NCBI GenBank assembly: GCA_035464655.1
Contig: DATHRZ010000044.1
Location: 33,015 to 97,014 of the forward strand
Reading direction: 5' to 3'
DNA length: 64,000 nt
Source: Gemmatimonadota bacterium
GTDB lineage: Bacteria; Gemmatimonadota; Gemmatimonadetes; Palauibacterales; Palauibacteraceae
Shown: one piece after another, positions 8,693 to 20,869 of the stretch
How positions within the stretch are numbered: the first letter of the stretch is position 1
Layout of the letters: each line of letters starts with the position of its first letter
Notes under the pieces: model-generated
The model's input: only the letters and a program-made list of their open reading frames with translations
The model's database searches: none
What the model was told of the DNA's origin: nothing
Made by a program: the position numbers and the translations under genes

Positions 8693-9388
8693 ATGAACGA
8701 AGCACGAACCCTGCCGCTCGCGCACGGCGAGGACGGTTACGATACGGGGGTGCCGCGTTCCTGGATGACGACGAGGGTCGACTACATCGTCAACTGGGCG
8801 CGCCGCAACTCCATCTGGCCGATGCCGTTCGGCACCGCCTGCTGCGCCATCGAGATGATGGCCGCCGCCGCCTCGAAGTACGACATCGCCCGGTTCGGGA
8901 TGGAGCGCATGTCGTTCAGCCCGCGCCAGGCCGACCTGATGATCGTGGCGGGCCGGGTGTCTTACAAGATCGCGCCGGTCCTCCGCCGGATCTGGGACCA
9001 GATGCCGCAGCCGAAGTGGTGCATCTCGATGGGCGCCTGCGCGAGCTCGGGCGGGATGTTCGACAACTACACGATCGTGCAGGGCTGCGACCAGATCATC
9101 CCGGTCGACGTCTACGTGCCGGGTTGCCCGCCACGCCCAGAGGGGCTGATCTACGCGCTGATGATGGTACAGGAGAAGATCAAGGGCGAGTCCTTGAGCA
9201 ACGAGCTGATCCGCTCCGAGAGCCCCGACGCCGTCGGGCGGCCGAACCTCCCACCGGAAGTCATCGAGCTGGTGGCCCAGCCGTTCGGCAACTCGACGCG
9301 TCAGAACCGGATCAGCGGCATCGAGCGCACGAACGCCGTCGAGCGGCCGCGCGATCGCATCGAACGCCTGCTCGAGCACCGGGACTGA
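8693..9388 (+). CDS. nuoB: NADH-quinone oxidoreductase subunit B (with a roughly 60-aa C-terminal extension)
   Basis: N2-cluster cysteines appear in [23 protein letters not shown] and [10 protein letters not shown]. The tail after KIKGE ([15 protein letters not shown] ... RLLEHRD) is an add-on. Confidence 0.9.
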   Translation: MNEARTLPLAHGEDGYDTGVPRSWMTTRVDYIVNWARRNSIWPMPFGTACCAIEMMAAAASKYDIARFGMERMSFSPRQADLMIVAGRVSYKIAPVLRRIWDQMPQPKWCISMGACASSGGMFDNYTIVQGCDQIIPVDVYVPGCPPRPEGLIYALMMVQEKIKGESLSNELIRSESPDAVGRPNLPPEVIELVAQPFGNSTRQNRISGIERTNAVERPRDRIERLLEHRD

Positions 9389-9393
9389 AGCGC

Positions 9394-11268
9394 ATGGCCG
9401 AGACCGTCGTCCAGTCTACGAAGCCGGATCTGATCACCGGCGCGTCGCCCCCCGACCGGCTCGAAGGCCTGCCGACCGTCGAGGCGCTCCGCGCGCGTTA
9501 CGCGGATTCGATCCGGGCGGCCGAGCTCGACGCGGCGCACGTGCCGGTCGTGACGATGGATCCGGACGTGGTCCACGATGCCCTCGACTGGCTGCGCCAC
9601 GAGCCCGACCTCGCCTTCGACTTCCTGGTCGACGTGATGGGGGTGGACCGCGGCGGAGACCGGCCGATCGAGGTGTGGTACCAGCTCTGGTCGAACGCGC
9701 ACGGTCGCCAGCTCCGGCTGGTCGCGCCCCTGCCGCTCGACGATCTCTCGATCCGCAGCGCGACCGACCTGTGGCGCGGGGCCAACTGGCTCGAGCGCGA
9801 GGTGTACGACATGTACGGCGTGACGTTCGAGGGCCATCCGGATCTGCGCCGCATCCTGATGCCCGAGAACTACGACGAAGGCTTTCCACTTCGGAAGGAC
9901 TTTCCGCTGCGCGGCCGGTTCGGTCGGGCCGAGCAGGTGCGCCGCGCGCTCTCGCGCTCGATGGACGACACGTACGCCCGCGAAGAGCTTGCCCTGGCCG
10001 GGTTGCTGGACGACGAAGGCGAGATCACGGCCGAGCTGGAGGGCGCCGCCGTGGTCGACGTTCCGCACGACGTGGAGCCCGCTGACCTCGTCGACGGGCT
10101 CGAGGGCGAGCGCATGTTGATCAACATGGGCCCGCAACACCCCGCGACGCACGGCGTACTGCGGCTCGTGCTGCAGCTCGAGGGCGAGACAGTCGAGCGC
10201 TGCATCCCGCATCTGGGCTATCTGCACACCGGGTTCGAGAAGACCTGCGAGTATCGCGAGTGGAACCAGGTCGTGCCGTACACGGACCGCATGGACTACC
10301 TGGCGCCGATGCTCTACAACGTCGGCTACGCGATGGCCGTCGAGAGCCTGCTCGACGTCGAGATCACACCGCGCTGCCGGGTGCTGCGGGTGATCCTGAG
10401 CGAGCTCAACCGTATCCTCGGCCACCTGCTGTGGCTCGGGACGACGGCCATAGACCTCGGCGCGTTCACCGTGTTCCTGTACACCTTCCAGGAGCGCGAG
10501 AAGATCTACAACCTGCACGAGGCGTACTGCGGGGCCCGACTCACGACGTCGGTCACCCGGATCGGCGGCATGCTGGCCGACCTGCCGGCCGGCTGGCTCG
10601 CGGCGTGCACGGCCTTCGCCGAGGGAATCGACGCCGTCCTCGACGAGTGCGAGCGCCTGCTCACGAACAATAGCATCTGGCTCGGCCGCACGATCGACGT
10701 GGGCGTGATCGACGCCGACACGGCGGTGAGCTTCGGGCTGACGGGGGCCAACCTGCGCGCCAGCGGCGTGGCGTACGACGTGCGCAAGGCACGGCCCTAC
10801 CTCGGCTACGAGGACTATGATTTCGACGTCCCCGTCGGGCAGCACGGCGACACGTACGATCGCTACATCGTGCGCGTCGAAGAGATGCGGCAGGCGGCCC
10901 GCATCATTCGGCAGGCGGTCGAACGCCTACCCGACGGCCCGATCAACGTCGACGACCCTGCCGTCATCCTGCCACCCAAGAGCAAGTCGATGGCGAGCAT
11001 CGATTCGATGATCGCCCACTTCAAGCTCGTCATGGAGGGTCTGCAGGTGCCGGCCGGCGACGTGTGGTTCTCGATCGAGGGTTCCAAGGGCGAACTCGGC
11101 TTCGGGATCGTCTCCGACGGCGGCTCGAAGCCGGTGCGTTGCCGGTTCAGGGCGCCGTCGTTCGTGAATCTCGGCGCGCTGCCCTACCTGGTCGAAGGTT
11201 CGCTGGTGGCCGACGTGATCGCCGTCAACGCGTCCCTCGACATCGTCCTCGGCGAGATCGACCGATGA
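9394..11268 (+). CDS. nuoC: Fused NuoC-NuoD subunit (30 kDa plus 49 kDa)
   Basis: A single ORF. The N-terminal half is NuoC-like (WLEREVYDMYGVTFEGHPDLRRIL) and the C-terminal half is NuoD-like (MLINMGPQHPATHGVLRLVLQLEGE ... IPHLGYLHTGFEK), joined by an acidic linker. Start is the ATG encoding MAETVV at 9394. Confidence 0.9.
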   Translation: MAETVVQSTKPDLITGASPPDRLEGLPTVEALRARYADSIRAAELDAAHVPVVTMDPDVVHDALDWLRHEPDLAFDFLVDVMGVDRGGDRPIEVWYQLWSNAHGRQLRLVAPLPLDDLSIRSATDLWRGANWLEREVYDMYGVTFEGHPDLRRILMPENYDEGFPLRKDFPLRGRFGRAEQVRRALSRSMDDTYAREELALAGLLDDEGEITAELEGAAVVDVPHDVEPADLVDGLEGERMLINMGPQHPATHGVLRLVLQLEGETVERCIPHLGYLHTGFEKTCEYREWNQVVPYTDRMDYLAPMLYNVGYAMAVESLLDVEITPRCRVLRVILSELNRILGHLLWLGTTAIDLGAFTVFLYTFQEREKIYNLHEAYCGARLTTSVTRIGGMLADLPAGWLAACTAFAEGIDAVLDECERLLTNNSIWLGRTIDVGVIDADTAVSFGLTGANLRASGVAYDVRKARPYLGYEDYDFDVPVGQHGDTYDRYIVRVEEMRQAARIIRQAVERLPDGPINVDDPAVILPPKSKSMASIDSMIAHFKLVMEGLQVPAGDVWFSIEGSKGELGFGIVSDGGSKPVRCRFRAPSFVNLGALPYLVEGSLVADVIAVNASLDIVLGEIDR

Positions 11269-11834
11269 GCGACGAGAAGCGACCCGACATCCATCCCGCC
11301 GTCGTGAGCGCCCAGCCGTTTCAGCTGGCGAGCCGCCGTCCGGTCGACCGCCTGTTCGACGACGACGAGGGTCGCGATCGGCTCGAGAAGGCGATCAGCC
11401 GTTATCCCGAGAAGAAGGCCGCGCTGCTGCCCATGCTGGCTTACGCCCAGGAGCGCAACGGCTGGATCTCGCCCGAGGCGATGGAGGAAATCGGCGGGGC
11501 GCTGGAACTCACGCCGGCCTACGTCCGGTCGGTAGCGACCTTCTACACGATGTACAACAAGCATCCGACGGGCCGGCACATCATCCAGGTCTGCACCTGC
11601 ACGGCGTGCCACCTGTGCGGAGCCGACGACGTGTTCGAGGCGTTTCTCGAAGCGACGGGGACGCGTCCGGGAGAGATGTCCGACGACGAGCGCTTCATGG
11701 TCATGGAGGCGGAGTGCCTCGGGGCGTGCGGCTTCGCGACGGCCGTGCAGGTCAACAACCGCTACTTCGAGAACGTCACGCCGGAGTCGGTGGCCGACGT
11801 CCTCGCCGCCCTCGACGACGACGAGGAGGCCTGA
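11265..11834 (+). CDS. nuoE: NADH-quinone oxidoreductase subunit E (24 kDa, 2Fe-2S)
   Basis: Four Cys in IQVCTCTACHLCGAD and ECLGACGFA. Start overlaps the nuoCD stop (ATGA). Confidence 0.9.
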   Translation: MSDEKRPDIHPAVVSAQPFQLASRRPVDRLFDDDEGRDRLEKAISRYPEKKAALLPMLAYAQERNGWISPEAMEEIGGALELTPAYVRSVATFYTMYNKHPTGRHIIQVCTCTACHLCGADDVFEAFLEATGTRPGEMSDDERFMVMEAECLGACGFATAVQVNNRYFENVTPESVADVLAALDDDEEA

Positions 11835-13114
11835 TGGGCTTCCCCCACTCGCACGATCTCGAGGTGGGCACCATCCTGTCCCGCCACTTCGGCGACGCGT
11901 CGGCGCGTCGGCTCGAGACCTGGGTCGGGATGGGCGGCTACGAGGGCCTGAAGAAGGCCGTCGGAATGGAAGCCCCCGAGATCACCGCCGTGGTCAAGGA
12001 CTCCGGGCTGCGCGGGCGTGGAGGGGCAGGTTTCCCGACCGGGCTCAAGTGGAGCTTCATGCCCCAGGAGCCGAACGGCCCGCACTACCTGTGCTGCAAC
12101 GCCGACGAGAGCGAGCCCGGCGCGTTCAAGGACCGCGAGATCCTGCGCTGGGTGCCGCACCTGCTGATCGAGGGCTGCTTGATCGCGGCGCGGGCGATTC
12201 GGGCGCAGCACGTCTACGTCTACGTGCGCGGCGAATACTTTCCGTACACGAAGATCCTGAATGACGCGGTGGTCGAGGCGTACGAAGCCGGTTACATCGG
12301 CAGCGACATCCTCGGCAGCGGCTGGGACTGTGAGCTGACCGTGCACATCGGGGCGGGCGCCTACATCGCCGGCGAGGAAACCGGGCTGATGAGCTCGCTG
12401 GTCGGCGGGCGGGCCGAGCCCCGGGTGAAGCCGCCGTTTCCGGCCCAGTCCGGCGTGTTCGGCCGGCCGACGACGGTGAACAACGTCGAGACGCTGGCCG
12501 CCGTCCCGATGATCCTCACGGAAGGCGCCGACTGGTACCGGCAGTGGGGCACCGAGAAGAGCCCCGGTACGAAGCTATGGTGCTGCTCGGGCCACCTCGA
12601 GCGCCCGGGCACCTACGAGCTGCCGCTCGGCGTACCGCTCAAGGACATCATCTACGACGTGTGCGGGGGCGTCCGGGCGGGACGAAAGCTCAAGGCCGTG
12701 ATCCCGGGCGGCTCGTCCACGGCGCTGCTCACCGCCGACGAACTCGACTGCCCCTCGACCTACGAGGGCCTCCAGGAGGCGGGAAGCTCTCTCGGCACCG
12801 CCTCCCCGATCGTCATGGACGAGAACACGAACATGGTTGCGGTCATCCGCCGCACGGCCGAGTTCTACGCCCACGAGTCGTGCGGGCAGTGCGTGCAGTG
12901 CCGCGAGGGTACGGCCTGGGTCGCGAAGATCCTGCACCGGATCGAGACGGGCGGGGGGCGCCTGAAGGACATCGACATCCTGTACGATCTGTGCGAGCAG
13001 CTCACGGGACGGACGATCTGCGTGCTGGCCGACAGCGTGGTGTTTCCCCTGCGTTCGTCGCTCGACAAGTTCCGGGCCGACTACGAGGCCCTGATCAACG
13101 GGGGAGCGCGATGA
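11834..13114 (+). CDS. nuoF: NADH-quinone oxidoreductase subunit F (51 kDa; FMN, NADH, 4Fe-4S)
   Basis: GRGGAGFPTGLKW (FMN site), NADESEPGAFKDR, and the cluster motif ESCGQCVQCREGT. Start is the ATG at 11834 overlapping the nuoE stop. Confidence 0.9.
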   Translation: MGFPHSHDLEVGTILSRHFGDASARRLETWVGMGGYEGLKKAVGMEAPEITAVVKDSGLRGRGGAGFPTGLKWSFMPQEPNGPHYLCCNADESEPGAFKDREILRWVPHLLIEGCLIAARAIRAQHVYVYVRGEYFPYTKILNDAVVEAYEAGYIGSDILGSGWDCELTVHIGAGAYIAGEETGLMSSLVGGRAEPRVKPPFPAQSGVFGRPTTVNNVETLAAVPMILTEGADWYRQWGTEKSPGTKLWCCSGHLERPGTYELPLGVPLKDIIYDVCGGVRAGRKLKAVIPGGSSTALLTADELDCPSTYEGLQEAGSSLGTASPIVMDENTNMVAVIRRTAEFYAHESCGQCVQCREGTAWVAKILHRIETGGGRLKDIDILYDLCEQLTGRTICVLADSVVFPLRSSLDKFRADYEALINGGAR

Positions 13115-14700
13115 GCGACGGCAATGCCAAGATGGTCAGCCTGACGGTGGACGGCGTGTCCGTCACCGTTCCGGCGGGCACGCCGGTCATCCAGGCGGCC
13201 GAGCGCGCCGGCGTGGTCGTTCCGCACTACTGCTATCACCCCGGTATTCCGAGCCGCCCCGCCCAGTGCCGCATGTGCCTCGTGGAGATCGAGGGGCAGC
13301 CGAAGTTGCAGCCTTCCTGCGTGATGGCCGTCCAGGACGAGATGGTCGTCCACACGCAGATGGAATCGGAGGAAGTGCGCGACGCCCAACAGGCGGTGAT
13401 CGAGTTCCTGCTGCTCAACCATCCGCTCGACTGTCCGATCTGCGACGCGGCGGGCCAGTGCATGCTGCAGGACTACGCCTATGAGACCGGCCAGCTCGAG
13501 ACGCGTCTCGTCGACGCGAAGCTCGTGATGGGGCGCGACCGGATCGCCGACGACATCCTCTATTTCGCGGACCGCTGTATCATCTGCACGCGCTGCGTGC
13601 GCTTCATGGACGACATCGCCGGCGAGAACTCGTTGATCGTCGCCCAGCGTGGCCACAAGGCCTACATCGACACCTTCCCGGGCAAGGACCTCGACCACCC
13701 GTTCCGCGGCAACATCGTCGACGTCTGCCCGGTGGGCGCCCTGGTGCACGAGGATTTCGTGTTCAAGGCGCGCGCCTGGGACATGGACACGGCGCCCGGC
13801 GTGTGCGGCGGTTGCAGCCAGGGTTGCAACATCGACGTGAACGTGAAGGAGAACCAGGTCGTCCGCGTGAAGCCGCGTTACAACGCCGACGTGAACGGCT
13901 ACTGGATGTGCGACGAGGGGCGTCGGCACCTGGTGATGGCGAACCGCGGGTTGCGTGCCGACGTGCCGATGATCCGGCGCGACGGCGAGCTCGAACCGGT
14001 CACGTGGGCGGAGGCGCTCGAGTGGGTAGCGGAGCGCCTGCCGGCGGGGCAGGGCGGGGTGGCGCGGGTCACGGCCTCGGAGAGCAACGAGAGCCTGCAC
14101 ACGTTCACCGAACTGCTGGGCGTGCTCGGCATCGACGGCGGCACGTTCGCCGTGCGCCGCGGCGAATCGGCGAAGTTACCCGGCTTCCCGCAGCTCGAGC
14201 TGCGCGAGGAACGGGTGCCGAACGGAGCCGGGGCCCGGCTGCTCGGATTCACGGAACAGGACGCGCTGCCGTCGCCCGGCGGGGGGACCCTCGTCGTGCT
14301 CGCCGATCCGTTGCTCGACGCCGATCCCTCCTACGGGGCCGACGCCGACTTCTTCCTCTACCTCGGGTCGCAGATCAGCGCGGCGGCGCGTAACGCGACG
14401 GCGATCCTCCCGATCGCCGGAGCGGGCGAGGCCGACGGCACCTACGTCAACGTCGAGAACCGTGTCCAGCGCTTCCACCAGGCGATGCAGCCGCCCGGCG
14501 TCGCCCGCCCGGCCTGGATGGTCGTCAACCGGCTGCTCCGCCAGCTCGACGGCGAGCGTCTGCCGGTACGTGACGTACGCGCGGCGTTCGCCGCCGTGAG
14601 CGCCGCCGTACCCGAGTTCGCGAGCCTTTCGTGGCAGAGCCTGGGGCTCAAAGGCGCGACGCTCGGTTCGGGCGCGCCGGCCGAAAGCGGGGCGCGATGA
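13111..14700 (+). CDS. nuoG: NADH-quinone oxidoreductase subunit G (short 529-aa form)
   Basis: N-terminal 2Fe-2S and 4Fe-4S cysteine clusters (CYHPGIPSRPAQCRMCLVEI, CPICDAAGQC, CIICTRCVRF, CPVGAL). The protein ends well short of the 780-900 aa of Thermus or E. coli NuoG. Confidence 0.85.
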   Translation: MSDGNAKMVSLTVDGVSVTVPAGTPVIQAAERAGVVVPHYCYHPGIPSRPAQCRMCLVEIEGQPKLQPSCVMAVQDEMVVHTQMESEEVRDAQQAVIEFLLLNHPLDCPICDAAGQCMLQDYAYETGQLETRLVDAKLVMGRDRIADDILYFADRCIICTRCVRFMDDIAGENSLIVAQRGHKAYIDTFPGKDLDHPFRGNIVDVCPVGALVHEDFVFKARAWDMDTAPGVCGGCSQGCNIDVNVKENQVVRVKPRYNADVNGYWMCDEGRRHLVMANRGLRADVPMIRRDGELEPVTWAEALEWVAERLPAGQGGVARVTASESNESLHTFTELLGVLGIDGGTFAVRRGESAKLPGFPQLELREERVPNGAGARLLGFTEQDALPSPGGGTLVVLADPLLDADPSYGADADFFLYLGSQISAAARNATAILPIAGAGEADGTYVNVENRVQRFHQAMQPPGVARPAWMVVNRLLRQLDGERLPVRDVRAAFAAVSAAVPEFASLSWQSLGLKGATLGSGAPAESGAR

Positions 14701-15947
14701 CGCCGATCGCGGGCACGGCCTTCGTCGTCGCCACGGCCATCAAGGTCGTCGGCCTGTTCACGCTGCTCCTCGTGTTCACCGCGCTGTGCACGTACCTCGA
14801 GCGCAAGGTCGCCGGGTTCATCCAGGATCGCAGCGGTCCAAACCGTGTCGGTCCGCTCGGGTTGCTGCAGGTGCTGGCTGACGGCCTGAAGTTCATCCTC
14901 AAAGAGGAAGTAGCGCCGCAGGGCGCGAACCGCGTGTTCTTCTACCTGGCCCCGGCGATCGCGCTCGTGCCGGCTACCATCCTGTTCGCCGTGATCCCGT
15001 TCGCCGCCCCGTTGCCCACCGAGTGGGGACTCGTCGAGTTGATCGTGGCCGACGTGCCGATCGGCTTTCTGTACGTGCTCGCGATCGCGTCGCTCGGCGT
15101 ATACGGCATCGTTATGGCCGGCTGGGCGTCGAACTCGAAGTACTCGTTCCTCGGCGGGCTCCGCGGCTCCGCGCAGATGATCAGCTACGAGATCGCCCTC
15201 GCGATGAGCCTCGTGCCGCTCCTGCTGCTGGCGGGCAACGTCTCGATGCCGGAAATCGTGTCGATGCAGCAGGGCTTCGGCGAGACGATGGAGACATGGG
15301 GCGTGTGGTTCGTCCTACCGCTGCTCGCCGCGTTTTTCCTGTTCTTCGTGTCGAGCCTCGCGGAGACGAACCGGTTGCCCTTCGACCTTCCCGAGGCGGA
15401 GGGCGAACTGGTGGGCGGGTACCATACGGAGTATTCGTCGATGAAGTTCGGTCTGTTCTTCCTCGGGGAGTACGCGCACCTCGTCACTACGGCCTGTCTC
15501 GTCGCCGTGTTCTTCCTCGGCGGTTGGGACATCCCGTTCTGGTCGGGGGACAACATCGCGGTGCTGGCCGACGGCACGGTGGTCGGCGACCCGACATGGT
15601 GGAAGACCCTGCTCACGGCGCTGGCGTTCGGGATCAAGACGTTCGCGGTGGTGCTGGTGTTCATGTGGATTCGCTGGACGCTGCCGAGATTCCGTTACGA
15701 CCAGCTCATGAACCTCGGGTGGAAGGTGTTCCTTCCCCTCCTGATGGTGTACATCATGGGCATGGCCGTACTGATTTACGCACTCGACGCGGCCGAAGTG
15801 GCCACGGGACCGACGTACGCGCTCATCCTGGCGGGGGCGAACCTGCTCGCCGTGATCGTGCTGGTGCTGTTCGTCGACCGTGGACTCACGGTGCGCGGCG
15901 CCGCGTATCGCCAGGTTGCCGTGGCGCCCGGTACGGAGGAGAGCTGA
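14697..15947 (+). CDS. nuoH: NADH-quinone oxidoreductase subunit H (with a roughly 70-aa C-terminal extension)
   Basis: Conserved LERKVAGFIQDRSGPNRVGP, EAEGELVGGYHTEYSSMKF and RWTLPRFRYDQLM. There is an extra TM segment plus tail after WKVFLPL. Confidence 0.9.
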   Translation: MTPIAGTAFVVATAIKVVGLFTLLLVFTALCTYLERKVAGFIQDRSGPNRVGPLGLLQVLADGLKFILKEEVAPQGANRVFFYLAPAIALVPATILFAVIPFAAPLPTEWGLVELIVADVPIGFLYVLAIASLGVYGIVMAGWASNSKYSFLGGLRGSAQMISYEIALAMSLVPLLLLAGNVSMPEIVSMQQGFGETMETWGVWFVLPLLAAFFLFFVSSLAETNRLPFDLPEAEGELVGGYHTEYSSMKFGLFFLGEYAHLVTTACLVAVFFLGGWDIPFWSGDNIAVLADGTVVGDPTWWKTLLTALAFGIKTFAVVLVFMWIRWTLPRFRYDQLMNLGWKVFLPLLMVYIMGMAVLIYALDAAEVATGPTYALILAGANLLAVIVLVLFVDRGLTVRGAAYRQVAVAPGTEES

Positions 15948-15948
15948 C

Positions 15949-16446
15949 ATGCCCGGAGATGTGAAGCTCATGGAACGCCCCGGGCACGGTGCCTCCTATG
16001 TTCGTGCGGTATCGAAGGGTATGGGCGTTACATTGAAGCATTTTCTCGATACCGGGAAGGTCACCCAGCAGTACCCGGACGAGAAATGGGAGCTGTCGTC
16101 GCGCTACCGTGGAACGCACCGCATGGCGACGCACGAGGACGGGCGCGCCAAGTGTGTGGGCTGCGGCCTGTGTCCGACGGTCTGCCCGGTGAACTGCATC
16201 AAGCTGATCCCGGCCGAGGACGAGAACGGCGAGCGTTATGCGGCGGTGTACGAGATCGACGAGTTCCGGTGCATTTTCTGCGGTTTCTGCCAGGAAGTCT
16301 GCCCGGTCGAAGCGATCCATCTGGGGGCGCACTACGAGAATGCCGAATACAGTCGCGAGCGCTGGGTGTACGACCTCGAGCGGCTGACCGAGATGGAGCA
16401 TCCCGTGACGTCCCTGTGGGACCCCTCCGACCCGGCCTCCGAATGA
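15949..16446 (+). CDS. nuoI: NADH-quinone oxidoreductase subunit I (2x 4Fe-4S ferredoxin)
   Basis: CVGCGLCPTVCP and CIFCGFCQEVCP. Start is the ATG at 15949, 1 nt after the nuoH stop. Confidence 0.9.
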   Translation: MPGDVKLMERPGHGASYVRAVSKGMGVTLKHFLDTGKVTQQYPDEKWELSSRYRGTHRMATHEDGRAKCVGCGLCPTVCPVNCIKLIPAEDENGERYAAVYEIDEFRCIFCGFCQEVCPVEAIHLGAHYENAEYSRERWVYDLERLTEMEHPVTSLWDPSDPASE

Positions 16447-16967
16447 TCGCCGAGTTCTTCTTCCTGCTGTTCGTGGTGATGGCCGCGGCAGGCGGCGTGA
16501 TGATGGTCGCCAGCCGGAATCCGGTGGCCAGCTTGATGTTTCTCGTGGTCACGCTGTTCGCCCTCGCGGGGCTGTTCGTGCTGCTCGACGCGCACTTCCT
16601 GGCAGCTGTCCAGGTGATCGTCTACGCCGGCGCGATCATGGTGCTCTTTCTGTTCGTCATCATGCTGCTCAACCTGGGCCACGATACGGACACGGACATG
16701 CGCGGCCTGGCCGGGCGAGCCATTGCGCTGGTGCTCGGGGCGGGGCTGTTCGCGGCGGCCGGAACGGCACTGCGGGCCGGCGAGTGGATCGGCGCGGGCA
16801 CACCCGCCGTCGAGGCGGCGACAGCCGGGGCGGACTCGCGTGGTGCCGTGCAGGTGATCGCCGATCCGCTGTTCCGCGATTACATGGTGCCGTTCGAGGT
16901 GACCTCCTTGCTGCTGCTCGTCGCGGTCGTCGGTGCGATCGTGCTCGCGCGGCGAAGGGCGCCCTGA
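16443..16967 (+). CDS. nuoJ: NADH-quinone oxidoreductase subunit J
   Basis: Hydrophobic 174-aa protein with a NuoJ-like N-terminus. Start overlaps the nuoI stop. Confidence 0.85.
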   Translation: MIAEFFFLLFVVMAAAGGVMMVASRNPVASLMFLVVTLFALAGLFVLLDAHFLAAVQVIVYAGAIMVLFLFVIMLLNLGHDTDTDMRGLAGRAIALVLGAGLFAAAGTALRAGEWIGAGTPAVEAATAGADSRGAVQVIADPLFRDYMVPFEVTSLLLLVAVVGAIVLARRRAP

Positions 16968-16968
16968 C

Positions 16969-17280
16969 ATGGAGAGCGGCATCGATTTCGAGACCGGGGC
17001 CCTGCTGCTCGGCGCCTTCCTGTTCGCGGTCGGCGCGGCGGGCGTACTCGTGCGCCGCAACGCGATTCTGATGTTTCTGTGCATCGAGCTCATGCTGAAC
17101 GCCGTGAACCTCACGCTGATCGCATTCTCGCGCTCGGCCGGCATCGAGGGACAGGTGCTCGTGTTTTTCGTGATGGCCGTGGCGGCCGCCGAGGCGGCGG
17201 TAGGGCTCGCGATCATCATCGCCGTGTTCCGCCACTATGAGCTGGTCGACGTCGACCGGGTGAACTTGCTGAAATGGTAG
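16969..17280 (+). CDS. nuoK: NADH-quinone oxidoreductase subunit K
   Basis: 103 aa with three TM helices. Conserved [21 protein letters not shown] with the key Glu. Confidence 0.9.
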   Translation: MESGIDFETGALLLGAFLFAVGAAGVLVRRNAILMFLCIELMLNAVNLTLIAFSRSAGIEGQVLVFFVMAVAAAEAAVGLAIIIAVFRHYELVDVDRVNLLKW

Positions 17281-19273
17281 CCCCGATCCAGGCCGAACCG
17301 GGCTTCGCGCCGATCCTGCCCGCGCTGATTCTCCTGCTCCCCCTGCTCGGGGCGCTGGTGAACGGGGTGGCGGCGTTCATCGCACCGGATCGCAAAGCGA
17401 TCCCGAGCGTCGTCGGACCCGCCGCGATCATCGGTGCGTTCGGGGTCGTGCTGCTGAACTTCATCGCAATGCTCGCCGCGCCGCCCGAGACGGCCGCGAT
17501 CGTTTCGTTGTGGCAGTGGATGCCTTCCGGCGACCTCGCGGTCGGGATCGATCTCGGGTTCGACCAGCTTTCGATGCTGATGATGCTCGTCGTCACCGGC
17601 GTGAGCTCGCTGATTCACGTCTACAGCATCGGCTACATGCGCGAGGATGCGGGTTACGCGAAGTATTTCGCCTACCTGAACCTGTTTGTTTTCTTCATGC
17701 TCGTCCTCGTCATGGCGGCGAACTTCCCGCTGATGTTCGTCGGCTGGGAAGGGGTCGGGCTGTGCTCCTATCTGCTGATCGGGTTCTGGTATCAGAACCA
17801 GGAGTATTCGAGCGCCGGGAAGAAGGCGTTCATCGTGAACCGGATCGGTGATTTCGGCTTCCTGGTCGCGATGTTTCTCGTGTTCGTGCACTTCGGGACG
17901 CTCGACTTCGCCGCGGTGTTCGAGGCGGCGCCGACCACGCTGACGGTCGGGGGCGGAGTCGTGACGGCGATCACGCTGTTCCTGTTCCTCGGCTGTACCG
18001 GAAAGTCGGCGCAGATTCCCCTGCACGTCTGGCTGCCCGACGCCATGGCCGGTCCGACCCCCGTATCCGCCCTGATCCACGCCGCCACGATGGTGACGGC
18101 CGGCGTCTACCTGGTCGCGCGCTCGGGCGTTCTGTTCGCGATGGCGCCGGTGTCTCAGGCGATCGTCGCCTCGGTCGGGGCGGCGACGGCCCTGCTGGCG
18201 GCGTCGATCGCGGTGCAGCAGTACGACATCAAGAAGGTGCTCGCTTACAGCACCGTGTCGCAGCTCGGCTACATGTTCGTGGCCGTGGGGATCGGGGCGT
18301 TCACGGCCGGCATATTCCACCTGATGACCCACGCCTTCTTCAAGGCGCTGCTGTTTCTCGGCGCCGGCGCCGTCATCCACGCGATGCATCACGCGCTTCA
18401 CGAGACGGGCCGTCACGACGATCCCAACGACATGCGTAACCACGGCGGCCTCAAGGCGAAGATGCCGATCACGTGGATCACGATGTGGATCGCGACCCTG
18501 GCGATCTCGGGCGTCGTTCCGTTCGCGGGCTTCTTCTCGAAGGACGAGATCATCTGGTACGCCGGTGCTTACGGCTACACGGTTCTGTGGGGCGTGGCCC
18601 TCGTCGTGGCCCTGCTGACGGCGGGCTATATGACGCGCCTGATGGTGCTCACCTTCCATGGCGAAAACCGCTCGGGCGAGGATGCCGAACCGCACCTGCA
18701 CGAGGTTCCAAAGGTCATGTGGATTCCGCTCACCGTGCTCGCGGTGCTCAGCGTCGTCGGGGGGTGGGTACAGATCCCCGAGGCCCTGCCCGTGCTGCCG
18801 AACGTGCACGCGCTGCACGACTGGCTCGAGCCCGTGTTCCACCCCGCCGTCGCCGTCATGGAGACCCGCGGCGTACACGCCGCGCACGCCTCTCCCGTGG
18901 GTGGCGGTGAAGCCGTATGGGCGGGCATCTCGACGCTGCTCGCGATCGTGGTCATCGTCCTCACCTTTCGCGCCCTCGTCCGCCGCCGCGTGCCCGCCGC
19001 CGACGCGCCTGCGCCCGAGGGGCTGGCGGGCATTCTGTACAACAAGTGGTACATCGACGAGCTCTACGACCGCCTGGTCATCCGACCGTCGCTCGTCCTG
19101 TGGCGCGCCTGCTGGCGCATCGTCGACGTGGGCCTGATCGACGGCAGCGTGAACGGCCTGGCCGGCAGCACCCGCCTCGCCGGCTGGTTCGGCAGCCTGA
19201 CGCAGACCGGTCGCGTGGCGTCGTACCTGTTCTTTTTCGTGACCGGCGCGCTCGTCATCCTGGGGACGATCCT

Positions 19274-19280
<7 letters not shown>
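17274..19280 (+). CDS. nuoL: NADH-quinone oxidoreductase subunit L
   Basis: 668-aa antiporter-like subunit with [16 protein letters not shown], the HAFFKALLF motif and a long C-terminal amphipathic helix region. Start overlaps the nuoK stop. Confidence 0.9.

Positions 19281-20865
<1,585 letters not shown>

Positions 20866-20869
<4 letters not shown>

Noticed and set aside
7327-8694. 455-aa version of the alpha/beta hydrolase ORF
   Set aside because: The N-terminal 170 codons overlap nuoA and its leader on the opposite strand and have no hydrolase-like sequence. The GTG at 8175 is taken as the start.
17235-18887. Very long antisense ORFs across the nuo operon and elsewhere (e.g. 17235..18887 minus 550 aa, 20599..22524 minus 641 aa, 1745..3082 minus 445 aa, 9301..10845 minus 514 aa)
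   Set aside because: These are typical stop-codon-poor frames in about 70% GC DNA. Their translations are Arg/Pro/Gly-rich low-complexity sequence, and they overlap strongly supported conserved genes on the other strand.
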